Shown piece by piece: positions 32,784 through 42,454 of a stretch of DNA of 64,000 nucleotides. Positions within the stretch are counted from its first letter, which is position 1. Every line of letters starts with the position of its first letter. The stretch comes from Promethearchaeota archaeon (GTDB lineage Archaea; Asgardarchaeota; Lokiarchaeia; Sigyniarchaeales; SOKP01), in NCBI GenBank assembly GCA_019058295.1, contig JAHPZI010000001.1, positions 1 to 64,000 of the forward strand, written 5' to 3'. The position numbers were made by a program, and so were the translations under genes. The notes beneath the pieces are model-generated. The model searched no databases. It saw only the letters and a list, made by a program, of their open reading frames with translations, and had not been told where the DNA came from.

Positions 32784-35700
32784 TTAGTTAACAATAGGTT
32801 GAATTTTATCAAAAATTACGAGTGTTTTATTTAAGGATTTGAAGATCTCAGTAATGTTTTCCATAAATGCTTTATTATCTATGATTGGTCCATGACTTCC
32901 AGGATTTCGGATTGGTGATGATAAAAAAGTAAAATATTGAATTTCTTCTATATCGGGCTTAGAAATTATTGATAATAATAATTTTTTTAATCTAAGAATA
33001 AAAGGATCTTGTTTTGGGTTTAAAATATCCTTTAATAAATAATTTATACTCCCCAAAGTCATATAATCTCCCTTCCATATTTCTTTAATTCCCCTTGGTA
33101 ATCTAATCCACTCATTCTTAGGAATCCTCGAATTTGGTGGATAAATCTTATATAATTCATCAAGAAAGTAAAGTGAAATTTTGGAGTGAAAAAGAGAAGC
33201 AAATCCATTAGTCAATTCTAAGAATATGATCCCTGTATTATCATTTAAACTATTAAAATTTTTAAGGTTTTTAATTAAATCATTAGCTAATATGAAATGT
33301 TTCAATGCATCTTTATCATGAACAATATTTAGATTTATTATCCCACTTATTTGGATATCCATAAAATCTCGTTTAGCTTTCATATATAAAGCAATTTCCA
33401 TATCTATATCTTTAAAGTATTTATAAGCTTCGTCATATATTTCTTGAGCTCTAATAAAATTTAACTTCAGTTCATACATTCTTGCTAAATTAGTTCTAAA
33501 AATTGAATTATTAGGGCTAAGAGAAATTGCTTGTTCAAATATAGGAATTGCTTTTTCAATCTCTTGAATATCACCATATATAGTTCCTATATTATTTAAT
33601 ATAGACCCTTTAAACTCTATTTTTTTTGTAATCCTAAATGCTTTATAAAAATATTTTATAGCGTCTCTAAAATATCCTAGATCAGCAATGGCTAAACCTA
33701 TATCACAATAAATCTTGGATTTCTTCTCATTATGTAATTCATTTATTTTTAAATCTTTAAAAAGATCATTAATCCTACGATTAAATTCCTCACCTTCAAA
33801 CCATATTCTTAAATTTTGAAAACATGACTTGATTATTGAATTAATTTTAAGATAACCTCCATTAGATTCCTCTTCATAAATTCTAAGAAGATTTGAACAT
33901 GCATCAGAGATTTTTCCTAAAATTAAATTGATAAGGACTAAATAATTACAATAATACAAATCATTTGGTCTAAAAAATAATGCATTCTTAAGATATTTAG
34001 AAGCTGATTTATAATCTTGATTATAAAAATATGGAAATGCAATAATCTCCATTGTGAGTCCTAGAAATTTTCTATCAATTGTCCATTCTGTAGAAAACTC
34101 GATTGTTTTTGATATTTCAATAGCTTTTTCAAAACTTGCCATTAATTGGATAAATAATATTTGATTTCCTTTTCTTTTTAAAAAATAGAAAAATTCCTTT
34201 TCTAGATAATCATCAATGCTCTGAAAATTATTTAAGATAAATTTTCTAATATCAAAATAAAATAAATAACTTTCATACAATGAAGGAATTAAAGGTTCTC
34301 TTTCAAAAACTTCAAGTGTCTCAAACTCAAACAAAGTTTTCTTAATTCTTCTTTCTTCATCATAATCTTCAGAAAATAACGAGTTGAGAGGCATCAAATA
34401 ATGTAATACTTCAAAAGGATTAATTAATTTATTCTTGAATAATTCGTCTCTGTTAAAATTTAATTTATTGATAGTCTCTTTTTCTTGTTGAAAATTTTTA
34501 TTAAACCTATAAATAATGCTCTTAATTACTTCTAATTTAACTTTAAAATATATGTTCTCTTCAGTCTCAACTAGTAAATTGAAAATTTCTATCGTAAAAT
34601 CAACATTTTCATTATCTCGCATTTTAGAACTAATTTCTCCAAATAAAAATAATAATTCTATTAAAATTCGATTCTGATGATTAAGCATAGATTTTAATTC
34701 TTCTTTTTTTTCTTTTAATTTAATTTTTAGATTTTGTAGAAAAGGATATTTAAGAATTAATATTTCTAATGCATTTGCGTAATCCTCAATGTTTATATAA
34801 GTTTTGCATAAATATTTGATTAAAATGAGATTATTGATGTTCTCATCACTATAGTTTGGAACTTCAACAAATATTTCGTTGTTTGATTCTTTTATTAACT
34901 TTTCAATTAAACCTTTAATTTCAGACAATAAGTCATATTTATGCCAGATGGGAAGATCTGATATAAAATCCTTTTTCTCATATAAGTTAGGATTAGAATT
35001 TAAGAATTCACATAGAGGCTCAACACCATAAAATTTATTTAAATAATCGATTTTATCTTGAACATTTAGAAAATTAAAATAGATGTAAGCAGCAATATTC
35101 ATAATTTTGCTTCTGATAAAGCTAATATCTATAAATGTTAATTTTTCTTTAATTAAATCTTGAAAATGTTCTAAATACTCTGAAATCTTCGAATGCAAAT
35201 GAGGATATTTTAAGTTATCTACAGTAAACTGTAAATCGTCACATAATGTAATATTTTTCCTCTCAGCTTCAATATAATCTAAAAAATATGGTTTTATATT
35301 CTTTATTACTTCTCTTGTTGCATTTAACAGATAATATTGAGCCTTTCGATTTTCTTTATAGGGGGAGGACCCCCAGAAAAGGAAATATCCTTGATTATAC
35401 CCAGATATAAATTCAAGAAGCATTGATTCTACAGCAACAGCTTCTTGAATTTTACCTTGCTCCATGAATTTCCTCCATATACGATAAACCCAAATGTTTT
35501 TTTGCTCACTTTCTCTAAAAACTGTATTAAAAAAGTAGTTTAATCGTCTCTCATTGATCAAATTAAATTTAATTTCACTTAAGTATAGATCATAATCCTC
35601 TCTTTGTTTAGACTTGATCTCCGAAAATTTAGTGAAAATTACCTTATCTTCAAAAAATTTTAAAATTTCTCTAGTTATTTTTCTCAGATATTCTGATTTT

Positions 35701-36104
35701 TCATTTAGTTCCTTATAAATAGTTAATCTAAAACCAGGATCTAATCGAAATTTCTTTAGAAAAAGATTTTTTAATAAGAAATCTATTGCTATATGATTAT
35801 AATCTACATTTTTTTGGTTTTCTATTTCCTTAATATATTCAATCCTCTGTTTTAAAACAAACCTCTCTAATAAAAAGAATTTATCTTTTATACTAAAAGG
35901 GCTCGCTTTATTATCTTCCAAAAACGGATCAAGAAGTTTATGTGATAATTTTGAGATCGATGGAGACTTCTTCTTCTTTCTTGCCTTCTTATGTGTATTC
36001 TGCTCTTTATTGAATTTCTGGGATTCATGTGAACCCAAATTATGTTTTTGAAATTTATAACCTCTGCTTTTGGTAGGTATTTTAATTTTTTCTTTTTTTG
36101 CCAT
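32784..36104 (-). CDS. large helical/TPR protein with C-terminal HEPN-like (RxxxxH) domain
   Basis: TPRs (ILNNIGTIYGDIQEIEKAIPIFEQAISLSP) and C-terminal MTLG...IRNPGSHG. The N-terminus is very basic. Confidence 0.72.
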   Translation of the reverse strand: MAKKEKIKIPTKSRGYKFQKHNLGSHESQKFNKEQNTHKKARKKKKSPSISKLSHKLLDPFLEDNKASPFSIKDKFFLLERFVLKQRIEYIKEIENQKNVDYNHIAIDFLLKNLFLKKFRLDPGFRLTIYKELNEKSEYLRKITREILKFFEDKVIFTKFSEIKSKQREDYDLYLSEIKFNLINERRLNYFFNTVFRESEQKNIWVYRIWRKFMEQGKIQEAVAVESMLLEFISGYNQGYFLFWGSSPYKENRKAQYYLLNATREVIKNIKPYFLDYIEAERKNITLCDDLQFTVDNLKYPHLHSKISEYLEHFQDLIKEKLTFIDISFIRSKIMNIAAYIYFNFLNVQDKIDYLNKFYGVEPLCEFLNSNPNLYEKKDFISDLPIWHKYDLLSEIKGLIEKLIKESNNEIFVEVPNYSDENINNLILIKYLCKTYINIEDYANALEILILKYPFLQNLKIKLKEKKEELKSMLNHQNRILIELLFLFGEISSKMRDNENVDFTIEIFNLLVETEENIYFKVKLEVIKSIIYRFNKNFQQEKETINKLNFNRDELFKNKLINPFEVLHYLMPLNSLFSEDYDEERRIKKTLFEFETLEVFEREPLIPSLYESYLFYFDIRKFILNNFQSIDDYLEKEFFYFLKRKGNQILFIQLMASFEKAIEISKTIEFSTEWTIDRKFLGLTMEIIAFPYFYNQDYKSASKYLKNALFFRPNDLYYCNYLVLINLILGKISDACSNLLRIYEEESNGGYLKINSIIKSCFQNLRIWFEGEEFNRRINDLFKDLKINELHNEKKSKIYCDIGLAIADLGYFRDAIKYFYKAFRITKKIEFKGSILNNIGTIYGDIQEIEKAIPIFEQAISLSPNNSIFRTNLARMYELKLNFIRAQEIYDEAYKYFKDIDMEIALYMKAKRDFMDIQISGIINLNIVHDKDALKHFILANDLIKNLKNFNSLNDNTGIIFLELTNGFASLFHSKISLYFLDELYKIYPPNSRIPKNEWIRLPRGIKEIWKGDYMTLGSINYLLKDILNPKQDPFILRLKKLLLSIISKPDIEEIQYFTFLSSPIRNPGSHGPIIDNKAFMENITEIFKSLNKTLVIFDKIQPIVN

Positions 36105-36162
36105 TATATATTATTTCTTTTTTTCTTTGATAAATTCTTTTAATTCCATATTTATTTCACTT

Positions 36163-36684
36163 TTATTTATCTAGTTTTAACATCGTTTTTAGCAAATTCT
36201 CATTCGACTTAATATCGTCTAAGCCTTCCATAAATACTTCAGCAAATCTGAATTTATTCGAGATCCAAAACTTTGAGCATATATCTTGTTTAATATTATC
36301 TTCAATATATAAAATGTGTTCATTTATATCTATATTAAAAGGATTACCATAATCAAACGCCTTTTTTTCAATCCTCTCTCTTAGGGTTGATAATAATTTA
36401 GTTTTACAGAGAAAAATCAAAACAGAATCCCCTGTTAGTTCTAAAGCTCTTTTTATAGCAAATTTATGACATCCGGCACCTGTAAATTCCAATATAACGT
36501 TATTATTATCCTCAATATTTTTAAGAAATTCTTGAAGACAAAAATACTCTTCAGAAATCTTTTCTTTAAGATATTTTCTACGAATTTCATCAATTTGAAT
36601 GAATTTAAATCCAGTAAGCTCTTGAATTATCTTACCTAAAGTGGTTTTCCCACTCCCAATATTCCCGATAATTAAAATTCTCAT
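36163..36684 (-). CDS. P-loop NMP/shikimate-kinase-like protein
   Basis: MRILIIGNIGSGKTT, then IDEIR. 173 aa. Confidence 0.8.
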   Translation of the reverse strand: MRILIIGNIGSGKTTLGKIIQELTGFKFIQIDEIRRKYLKEKISEEYFCLQEFLKNIEDNNNVILEFTGAGCHKFAIKRALELTGDSVLIFLCKTKLLSTLRERIEKKAFDYGNPFNIDINEHILYIEDNIKQDICSKFWISNKFRFAEVFMEGLDDIKSNENLLKTMLKLDK

Positions 36685-38168
36685 TTATTAAACACCAAAA
36701 CCTTCTTTATATTTTGAATTGCCTTTTCTGAAACATTGCATTGATTTCTCAAAAATTCTTCAGTTCCTATATATTCATTATCTATTATTTCAAAGATAAA
36801 TTCAATATATTTTCTATTAGTATCACTATAAGATAATAGATAATCTTGTAGTATTAATTCACGGTCTACACCAAGAAGGTCCAATAATAATGCAATTATA
36901 ACGCCTGTACGATCTTTTCCACCCTCGCAATGAATAATTAATCTATTCTTAGAAGCATTACTAAAGTATTTTTCAAAAATTAATCCTAATTCATCTCTAA
37001 AATCTTTCAAAAAAGCATAGTAAAAATTTTCATAAGGTTTATCAGGAATATAAGTGTTAACTTCTATCTTAAATGGAATATTAATTACATAATTCTCTTT
37101 TAACTCATCATCATAAAAATTATTGTATTTAATATAATTCTCAAGTTCATCCTTGCAGCGAATATCCAATATGTGTTTAATTTTCTTTTCCTTTAGAAAT
37201 TCCAATATCATTCCACTATTATTTTTAGATAATGAGGCACTTCTAAATATTAAACCTTCTTTAATTTTTATTTCATCTGAAAAATTGTTCGGGATTAAAG
37301 CAATATCTCTTAAATTTTTAAAAAGGAGATATTTTTCATCAACTTTTTTAAAGAAATTTTGAATATCCGAGAAGATGGCTTTTCCTAAATTAAATTTATC
37401 CATTCCTTTCTTTAAAACACCTAAAAACAAATTTTTTAAATTGTCTCTCTGATCAATCATATCATATTTTCTTAATCCTGCGGAGGCTCTGTAATATTTA
37501 TTTCGCAAATCCCAGTTATCAATAATATCTGTAGTAAATCGACTTGGTTGGTACAAATTATAATGTTTATCCTCTACCATAGCTTTTAATTCTGCTAGTT
37601 TGTAAAAAGAAAGGGAATAATTCATGTAAGCTCGATATTCATCATCTTTAGCAAGATTAGCAAGACACCTTTCAAAATAGTAAATAAATTTATAGATTTT
37701 TTCCTTAAACAGGGCTTTTAATCTATTAATATCGCTAAGATCAATCCAGTTTTCTAGATATATCTGTTTTACTCTGTTATTTTTATCATATCCAATTGCT
37801 TCTATAGGATTTGTTATCATGGATTCTGCTATATAAATGATATCTTCTTTTGCTTCTTCGATCTTCTTAATTCCTATTTCTATTTTAATAAATGTTTTTT
37901 CTGTGAATATTATCCATTTATTATATATTTCAAACTGATTTGAAATTCCCTCATCATCATTATTTAATATTTCAATTACAATTTGCTTAATTTCTTTTTC
38001 TATATTCTCATTAGAGAACTCGTTCAGATAGATGAAGAGATCGAGGTCTGAATAGTAATCATGAGATTTTCGAGCAAAACCCCCATATAATACAATTCCT
38101 TCTATAAATTCCAAACTTTTTATTCCTTCTTCGATCTTATACGCAATTCTATCAATAATCGGGTTCAC
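36681..38168 (-). CDS. fusion of Pol-beta-family nucleotidyltransferase, helical domain and PTP-like (tyrosine/phosphoinositide) phosphatase
   Basis: N-terminal YGGFARKSHDYYSDLDL. C-terminal NLRD, FRSASL, DIR, HCEGGKDRTG (CX5R), DYLLS. GTG start. Confidence 0.85.
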   Translation of the reverse strand: MNPIIDRIAYKIEEGIKSLEFIEGIVLYGGFARKSHDYYSDLDLFIYLNEFSNENIEKEIKQIVIEILNNDDEGISNQFEIYNKWIIFTEKTFIKIEIGIKKIEEAKEDIIYIAESMITNPIEAIGYDKNNRVKQIYLENWIDLSDINRLKALFKEKIYKFIYYFERCLANLAKDDEYRAYMNYSLSFYKLAELKAMVEDKHYNLYQPSRFTTDIIDNWDLRNKYYRASAGLRKYDMIDQRDNLKNLFLGVLKKGMDKFNLGKAIFSDIQNFFKKVDEKYLLFKNLRDIALIPNNFSDEIKIKEGLIFRSASLSKNNSGMILEFLKEKKIKHILDIRCKDELENYIKYNNFYDDELKENYVINIPFKIEVNTYIPDKPYENFYYAFLKDFRDELGLIFEKYFSNASKNRLIIHCEGGKDRTGVIIALLLDLLGVDRELILQDYLLSYSDTNRKYIEFIFEIIDNEYIGTEEFLRNQCNVSEKAIQNIKKVLVFNK

Positions 38169-38169
38169 T

Positions 38170-39945
38170 TTACACGTTCCTCTCTAATTTTTCGTCTTTT
38201 ATTTTTTCAGCAATAATCAATGAGATTATTCCTTCATTTTTCTTTATGGTATTTATTTTAAATCCCGATTTTTGGAGTAGATCTTTGAATTCTCTATAAT
38301 TTCTTTCTTTACTTCCCACATTTACAAGTAAATTAAAATTCAATGAAACTCCAATATCAAAATTAGGATCTTCAGGAATAATCATTTCAAACAATAACAA
38401 TTTTCCATTTTGCTCTAAAGCACTATGGACTGTTTTCAAAATAGTGACTGCCTTTCCATCATCCCAATCATGGATTACTCTACTCATTATGATAATATCT
38501 GTTTTAAAGGGTATATTTCTAAAAAAATCTCCTGGGATATATTCAATTTTCTTTCTAATTGAATCTATATGAGCGAAATTCTTAACACTTTCAATTACCG
38601 ATGCTCTTTCAAACAAAATTCCTTTTTGAATATTTTGATTTTTAAGTAGTATCTTTTCTAATAGGTGCCCTATTCCTCCACCTATATCAGCAATTACTTT
38701 CGCATTGGTGAAATCATATAGATCGATAATTTTGTCATAATCTGAGGAGTACGCCTTCATCGATTTATTAAAAACTAACCCTTTATCTTCATATGTATCA
38801 AAATAATCAAATATTTCTTTTCCGAAAATTTCCTTAAATTGAGGTTTATTTGTCTTTAAAGCTTCTGTCAATTTACTCATTGCAAGATAATGTTCTTCTC
38901 CCCACATCTTAGCAGCATATTTAAGAGTTTCTGGATATTCTTCAGTAAGTAGATTTCCGAGATATTTTAATTTATATACACCATGAATCTCTTCGATAAA
39001 ATCCCAGATCTTTAACACTTGAATAATCAATTTTAATGATGAATAAGGGAGGTTTGTTGTTTCTAATAAATTTTTAAAATTATACTTATTATTTCTAATA
39101 TGATCTAAAATTTCCAATTCAACTATTGAATGAATAATTTGAGTTTTCCAATAGCCAACTAACATCTTCATTAATTTTTTTCTTAAGAACGATTGGATAT
39201 TATGTGAATTTTGATTATCAATCTTTTGAATGGTTTTTCCTTTTTCATCAATAATTAATTTTTCTCTATTGTGCTTACAAACAAGTGCAAATCCATTATA
39301 GAAAGGTTCAATCCATTTATATCGCTCTTGATAAAGTGCTTCTCCATTCTTATTTATATGAAAAGCCCCTCGATTATCTTTTGCAGTCGCAAAACCTTTA
39401 TGGAAAACTCCTAACTCAATAAATTTCTTTTCATGTAAAAAGTTGCCAAATTTATCAATATGTTGAGCAAATCCATCATATCCATAAACAACCGCAATAC
39501 CATATTTGTAATCCCCAACATATTTATATTTTTCATTATAAGCTAATGATCCATCTTTCTTAATATGAAAAAAATCACCACCTATATCTCTAACAGGACA
39601 CCTACCCTCTTGAAAATTACCTACCCATTCATATCTTTTTTCATACTTTGGTTTACCATTTAAACCAATGTGATACCATCCTGAATTATCAACAACAGCA
39701 GCGATTCCCTCATAGAATCCGAATGATTTGATGAATCTTTCTCCATATTGTGGATCCCCTTCAAAAGTGATGTGATATGCCCCAGTATTATCTATCACTG
39801 CGGCAACACCAGGAGGATGGAAACTCAAAACACAATCAAATGTTTTTTCATATAACGGCATTCCCTTATAGAGATGATGAGTCTCATCTTTTGAAATTTC
39901 TATTTTTTCTAAACTAATTTTTTCCTTCTCAGTTATACTACTCAT
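38170..39945 (-). CDS. WG-repeat protein fused to an O-methyltransferase (methyltransf_2-like) domain
   Basis: About seven ~36-aa repeats (FYEGIAAV...WYHI...G). The C-terminal part has a dimerisation HTH, DIGGGIG, GDFF and RVIHDW. Confidence 0.85.
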   Translation of the reverse strand: MSSITEKEKISLEKIEISKDETHHLYKGMPLYEKTFDCVLSFHPPGVAAVIDNTGAYHITFEGDPQYGERFIKSFGFYEGIAAVVDNSGWYHIGLNGKPKYEKRYEWVGNFQEGRCPVRDIGGDFFHIKKDGSLAYNEKYKYVGDYKYGIAVVYGYDGFAQHIDKFGNFLHEKKFIELGVFHKGFATAKDNRGAFHINKNGEALYQERYKWIEPFYNGFALVCKHNREKLIIDEKGKTIQKIDNQNSHNIQSFLRKKLMKMLVGYWKTQIIHSIVELEILDHIRNNKYNFKNLLETTNLPYSSLKLIIQVLKIWDFIEEIHGVYKLKYLGNLLTEEYPETLKYAAKMWGEEHYLAMSKLTEALKTNKPQFKEIFGKEIFDYFDTYEDKGLVFNKSMKAYSSDYDKIIDLYDFTNAKVIADIGGGIGHLLEKILLKNQNIQKGILFERASVIESVKNFAHIDSIRKKIEYIPGDFFRNIPFKTDIIIMSRVIHDWDDGKAVTILKTVHSALEQNGKLLLFEMIIPEDPNFDIGVSLNFNLLVNVGSKERNYREFKDLLQKSGFKINTIKKNEGIISLIIAEKIKDEKLERNV

Positions 39946-40987
39946 TTAAACACTCTCCAAGATTTTTTAATGGTCTTCTCATGTTGCATTGTTTACAAAC
40001 CTGATAAGTACCCCAATTGTTTATTAAATGTCTGTAGCTATCACTATTCCATAGTTCCATGAAATTCATTTCTTTTACATTACCAAAGTATCCCAGTGTC
40101 CTTCTTAAATAGTCTGGAGCACAACATACGTTAAAGGTTCCATCCCAGGCTATCCAAGCTTCCCTCCCTAAGAATGGACATATAAAATTTTCTGGAAATA
40201 TATTATTTTTAGAGTTATTTGAAATAGAATATATATTATCGAGTTTAATTTTTTTACCATTTTTTAAAATGGAAGTATCAGCGATTCTTTTCATTTTTTC
40301 AACGGTTTTATTCCATTTTTTTATAGATTCTTTGTCTTTCAATAATGATTGATTTTCTAATTCAGGATGAGTAATCCATAGATGATGCCCCTTAAAGCGA
40401 TCAATATTCAATTCTATTGCCAATTTAAGGAGTCCTAGTATCTCATCTAAATTCTTTTCCATAAATGTTGCCTGAAAAGTTATAGTTGGAAAATTTATCG
40501 CCTTCTGTCTAATATCGTCTCTAATATTAATAAATTTTTTAATATTAGAGATCTCTTTTTCAAAATTTATTCCTTCCATAATTTGTTCATTGATACATTT
40601 TGAGGCACCATTAATAGAAATTTTAATATCGCTAATAATTGGTAAAATTAATTTTCCCCATTTTTCAGCACCTAATCTTGGAAAAGTACCGTTTGTAGTT
40701 AAATTCATTTTAAGATTATAACTTTTTACTAGATTTATTAGATCTATAAATTTGTCATAAAGGAGTGGCTCGCCCATAGTACTGGGTATTATTTCCTTTA
40801 AGCCATAATTTACTAAATCTTGAACGACCTCTTTAATAGTTTTAAATTCCATTACTCTAAAATCCTTATGCTTATTAAAATTATATTTACTATGCTCCTC
40901 ACACATCATACAATGAAGATTACACTGATCAGGATTTGTATCGAATGTAATTCTCCAGGGTACCTTTAATTTTTCTTTAATGAACAA
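39938..40987 (-). CDS. radical SAM protein with SPASM/twitch domain
   Basis: CNLHCMMC, MGEP, TTNG, and C-terminal CPF...DG...VCC...GNV...LWNS...CKQC. Confidence 0.9.
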   Translation of the reverse strand: MFIKEKLKVPWRITFDTNPDQCNLHCMMCEEHSKYNFNKHKDFRVMEFKTIKEVVQDLVNYGLKEIIPSTMGEPLLYDKFIDLINLVKSYNLKMNLTTNGTFPRLGAEKWGKLILPIISDIKISINGASKCINEQIMEGINFEKEISNIKKFINIRDDIRQKAINFPTITFQATFMEKNLDEILGLLKLAIELNIDRFKGHHLWITHPELENQSLLKDKESIKKWNKTVEKMKRIADTSILKNGKKIKLDNIYSISNNSKNNIFPENFICPFLGREAWIAWDGTFNVCCAPDYLRRTLGYFGNVKEMNFMELWNSDSYRHLINNWGTYQVCKQCNMRRPLKNLGECLNE

Positions 40988-42254
40988 CGAATCGAACCTC
41001 CTCTCTTTTTAGAAGTTTATAATATAATTCCTCGATTTCTTTGACATCTTCTTGAATTGAGCGCACATAAGTTTTTTGTGAATATATATCAATGAGTTCT
41101 GCATTTTCAATGAAAATATTCATCTTTTCTATTAAATCTTCTACATTCCCGGGCTCAAATAATAACCCATTCTTTTTATGTGAAACTAGTTCTGCCATCC
41201 CTCCTAAGTTGCTCGTAATTACTGGAATCTTAGCTAAAAAGGCTTCATGAATTACTAAAGGTGAATTTTCATACCAAATTGACGGAACTACTAAAATATC
41301 AATATTAGATAGAATTTTTGAAATTTCTTTATAATGATAACCACCCATAAAATGAATCGCGTTATTTTTACACCGATTTTTAAGATAAATTGATGAGCTT
41401 GGCATTTTCCCATAAATATTAAGCTCTGATTTAGAATGATCAACATTATTGAAGGCTTCAATTAATTGAGCAAGTCCTTTAACAGGAATAATTCTCCCTA
41501 AAAATCCGAACCGAATTTTTCCATTGGGTTGTTTTTTTACTCCATTAATTATTTGTTTATCAAAACCGTAATCCATATAGATAATTTTATCTTCTGGAAT
41601 TCCGTAATTAATATATGTATTGCGAAGGAATCTGGAAGGAGCGATAAATAAATCGATCTGGTTATTTATTTTAGAAAATGAAGTTAACCATCTCTTAATC
41701 TCAAGTTTTGCTTGTAACTCTGATGTGAAGTATTTCATATTACAATTTATACATTTTTCGAAGCTTGGTCCTGAACAGAGTGAATAATCATCTTGAATTA
41801 ACTGGCCTCTAATGCAGAGCATCCAAAAATCATGAAGCGTGAAAATAATGGGAATCCCATTTTTTTTTATGATTTTTATGATTTGAATAGTAAGATGGCT
41901 TAAATGGTCTATATGAACAATATCGGGGCTAATTTCCTTCAATTTTTCTCTAAATACATCTGCCATTTTAAAATCGATATATTTACTACGAAAAGTATAA
42001 ACTCTTCCAGGTTTATTAACCCGAATTATCGTTAAACCATCTTCAATCGTCTCAGTTATTTCATAAGGTTTTTGATATTCATCTTCTATACGAGTAAAAA
42101 TAATAACATTATGCTTTTTTGCAAGCTCACGGCATTTGTTCCAAGCATAAACTTCAGAACCTGCCATATAATAAGGGGGGAATCCGTGAATGATAATTAA
42201 GATTTTTAATCTTTTTTTCTTATTATTTATCTTTTGGTAGTTTTTATAATTCAA
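40977..42254 (-). CDS. GT4-family glycosyltransferase
   Basis: HGFPP...GSE, TLHDFW..C, GRIIPVKG, PSIWYENSPLVIHEA. Confidence 0.92.
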   Translation of the reverse strand: MNYKNYQKINNKKKRLKILIIIHGFPPYYMAGSEVYAWNKCRELAKKHNVIIFTRIEDEYQKPYEITETIEDGLTIIRVNKPGRVYTFRSKYIDFKMADVFREKLKEISPDIVHIDHLSHLTIQIIKIIKKNGIPIIFTLHDFWMLCIRGQLIQDDYSLCSGPSFEKCINCNMKYFTSELQAKLEIKRWLTSFSKINNQIDLFIAPSRFLRNTYINYGIPEDKIIYMDYGFDKQIINGVKKQPNGKIRFGFLGRIIPVKGLAQLIEAFNNVDHSKSELNIYGKMPSSSIYLKNRCKNNAIHFMGGYHYKEISKILSNIDILVVPSIWYENSPLVIHEAFLAKIPVITSNLGGMAELVSHKKNGLLFEPGNVEDLIEKMNIFIENAELIDIYSQKTYVRSIQEDVKEIEELYYKLLKREEVRFVVH

Positions 42255-42272
42255 TTCTTATCATCTCCTTGA

Positions 42273-42331
42273 AAACTTACTCAACATTTAATCGGTTGAG
42301 GGTAAGGAGGTGCCCTCCTTGGAGTAAGTTT
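42273..42331 (-). promoter_or_regulatory. nested inverted-repeat element in the operon leader (candidate structured cis-regulatory RNA or operator)
   Basis: Perfect 10-bp IR aaacttactc (42273-82) / gagtaagttt (42322-31). It encloses aaggagg/cctcctt (42304-10 / 42314-20) and ctcaac/gttgag (42280-85 / 42295-300). Confidence 0.55.
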
Positions 42332-42454
42332 ATCTTGTTATTTTACACTTATTACTAGAATTAAGCAACAATTTATATTTATATTTAACTTTTTTTTTCA
42401 TATTTGAATAAAAAAGTTTATTAAGAAAATTTACCATTTTTTATTTGGTAAATT

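Noticed and set aside
36681-38168. CBASS CD-NTase
   Set aside because: The short NTase core with a helical bundle looks more like LinB/ANT or MNT enzymes, and no Cap2/Cap3 or SAVED effector is nearby.
39938-40987. Viperin-like antiviral radical SAM (suggested by the nearby kinase and HEPN genes)
   Set aside because: It has a SPASM/twitch extension and CNLHCMMCEEH/STMGEP motifs rather than viperin-type signatures.
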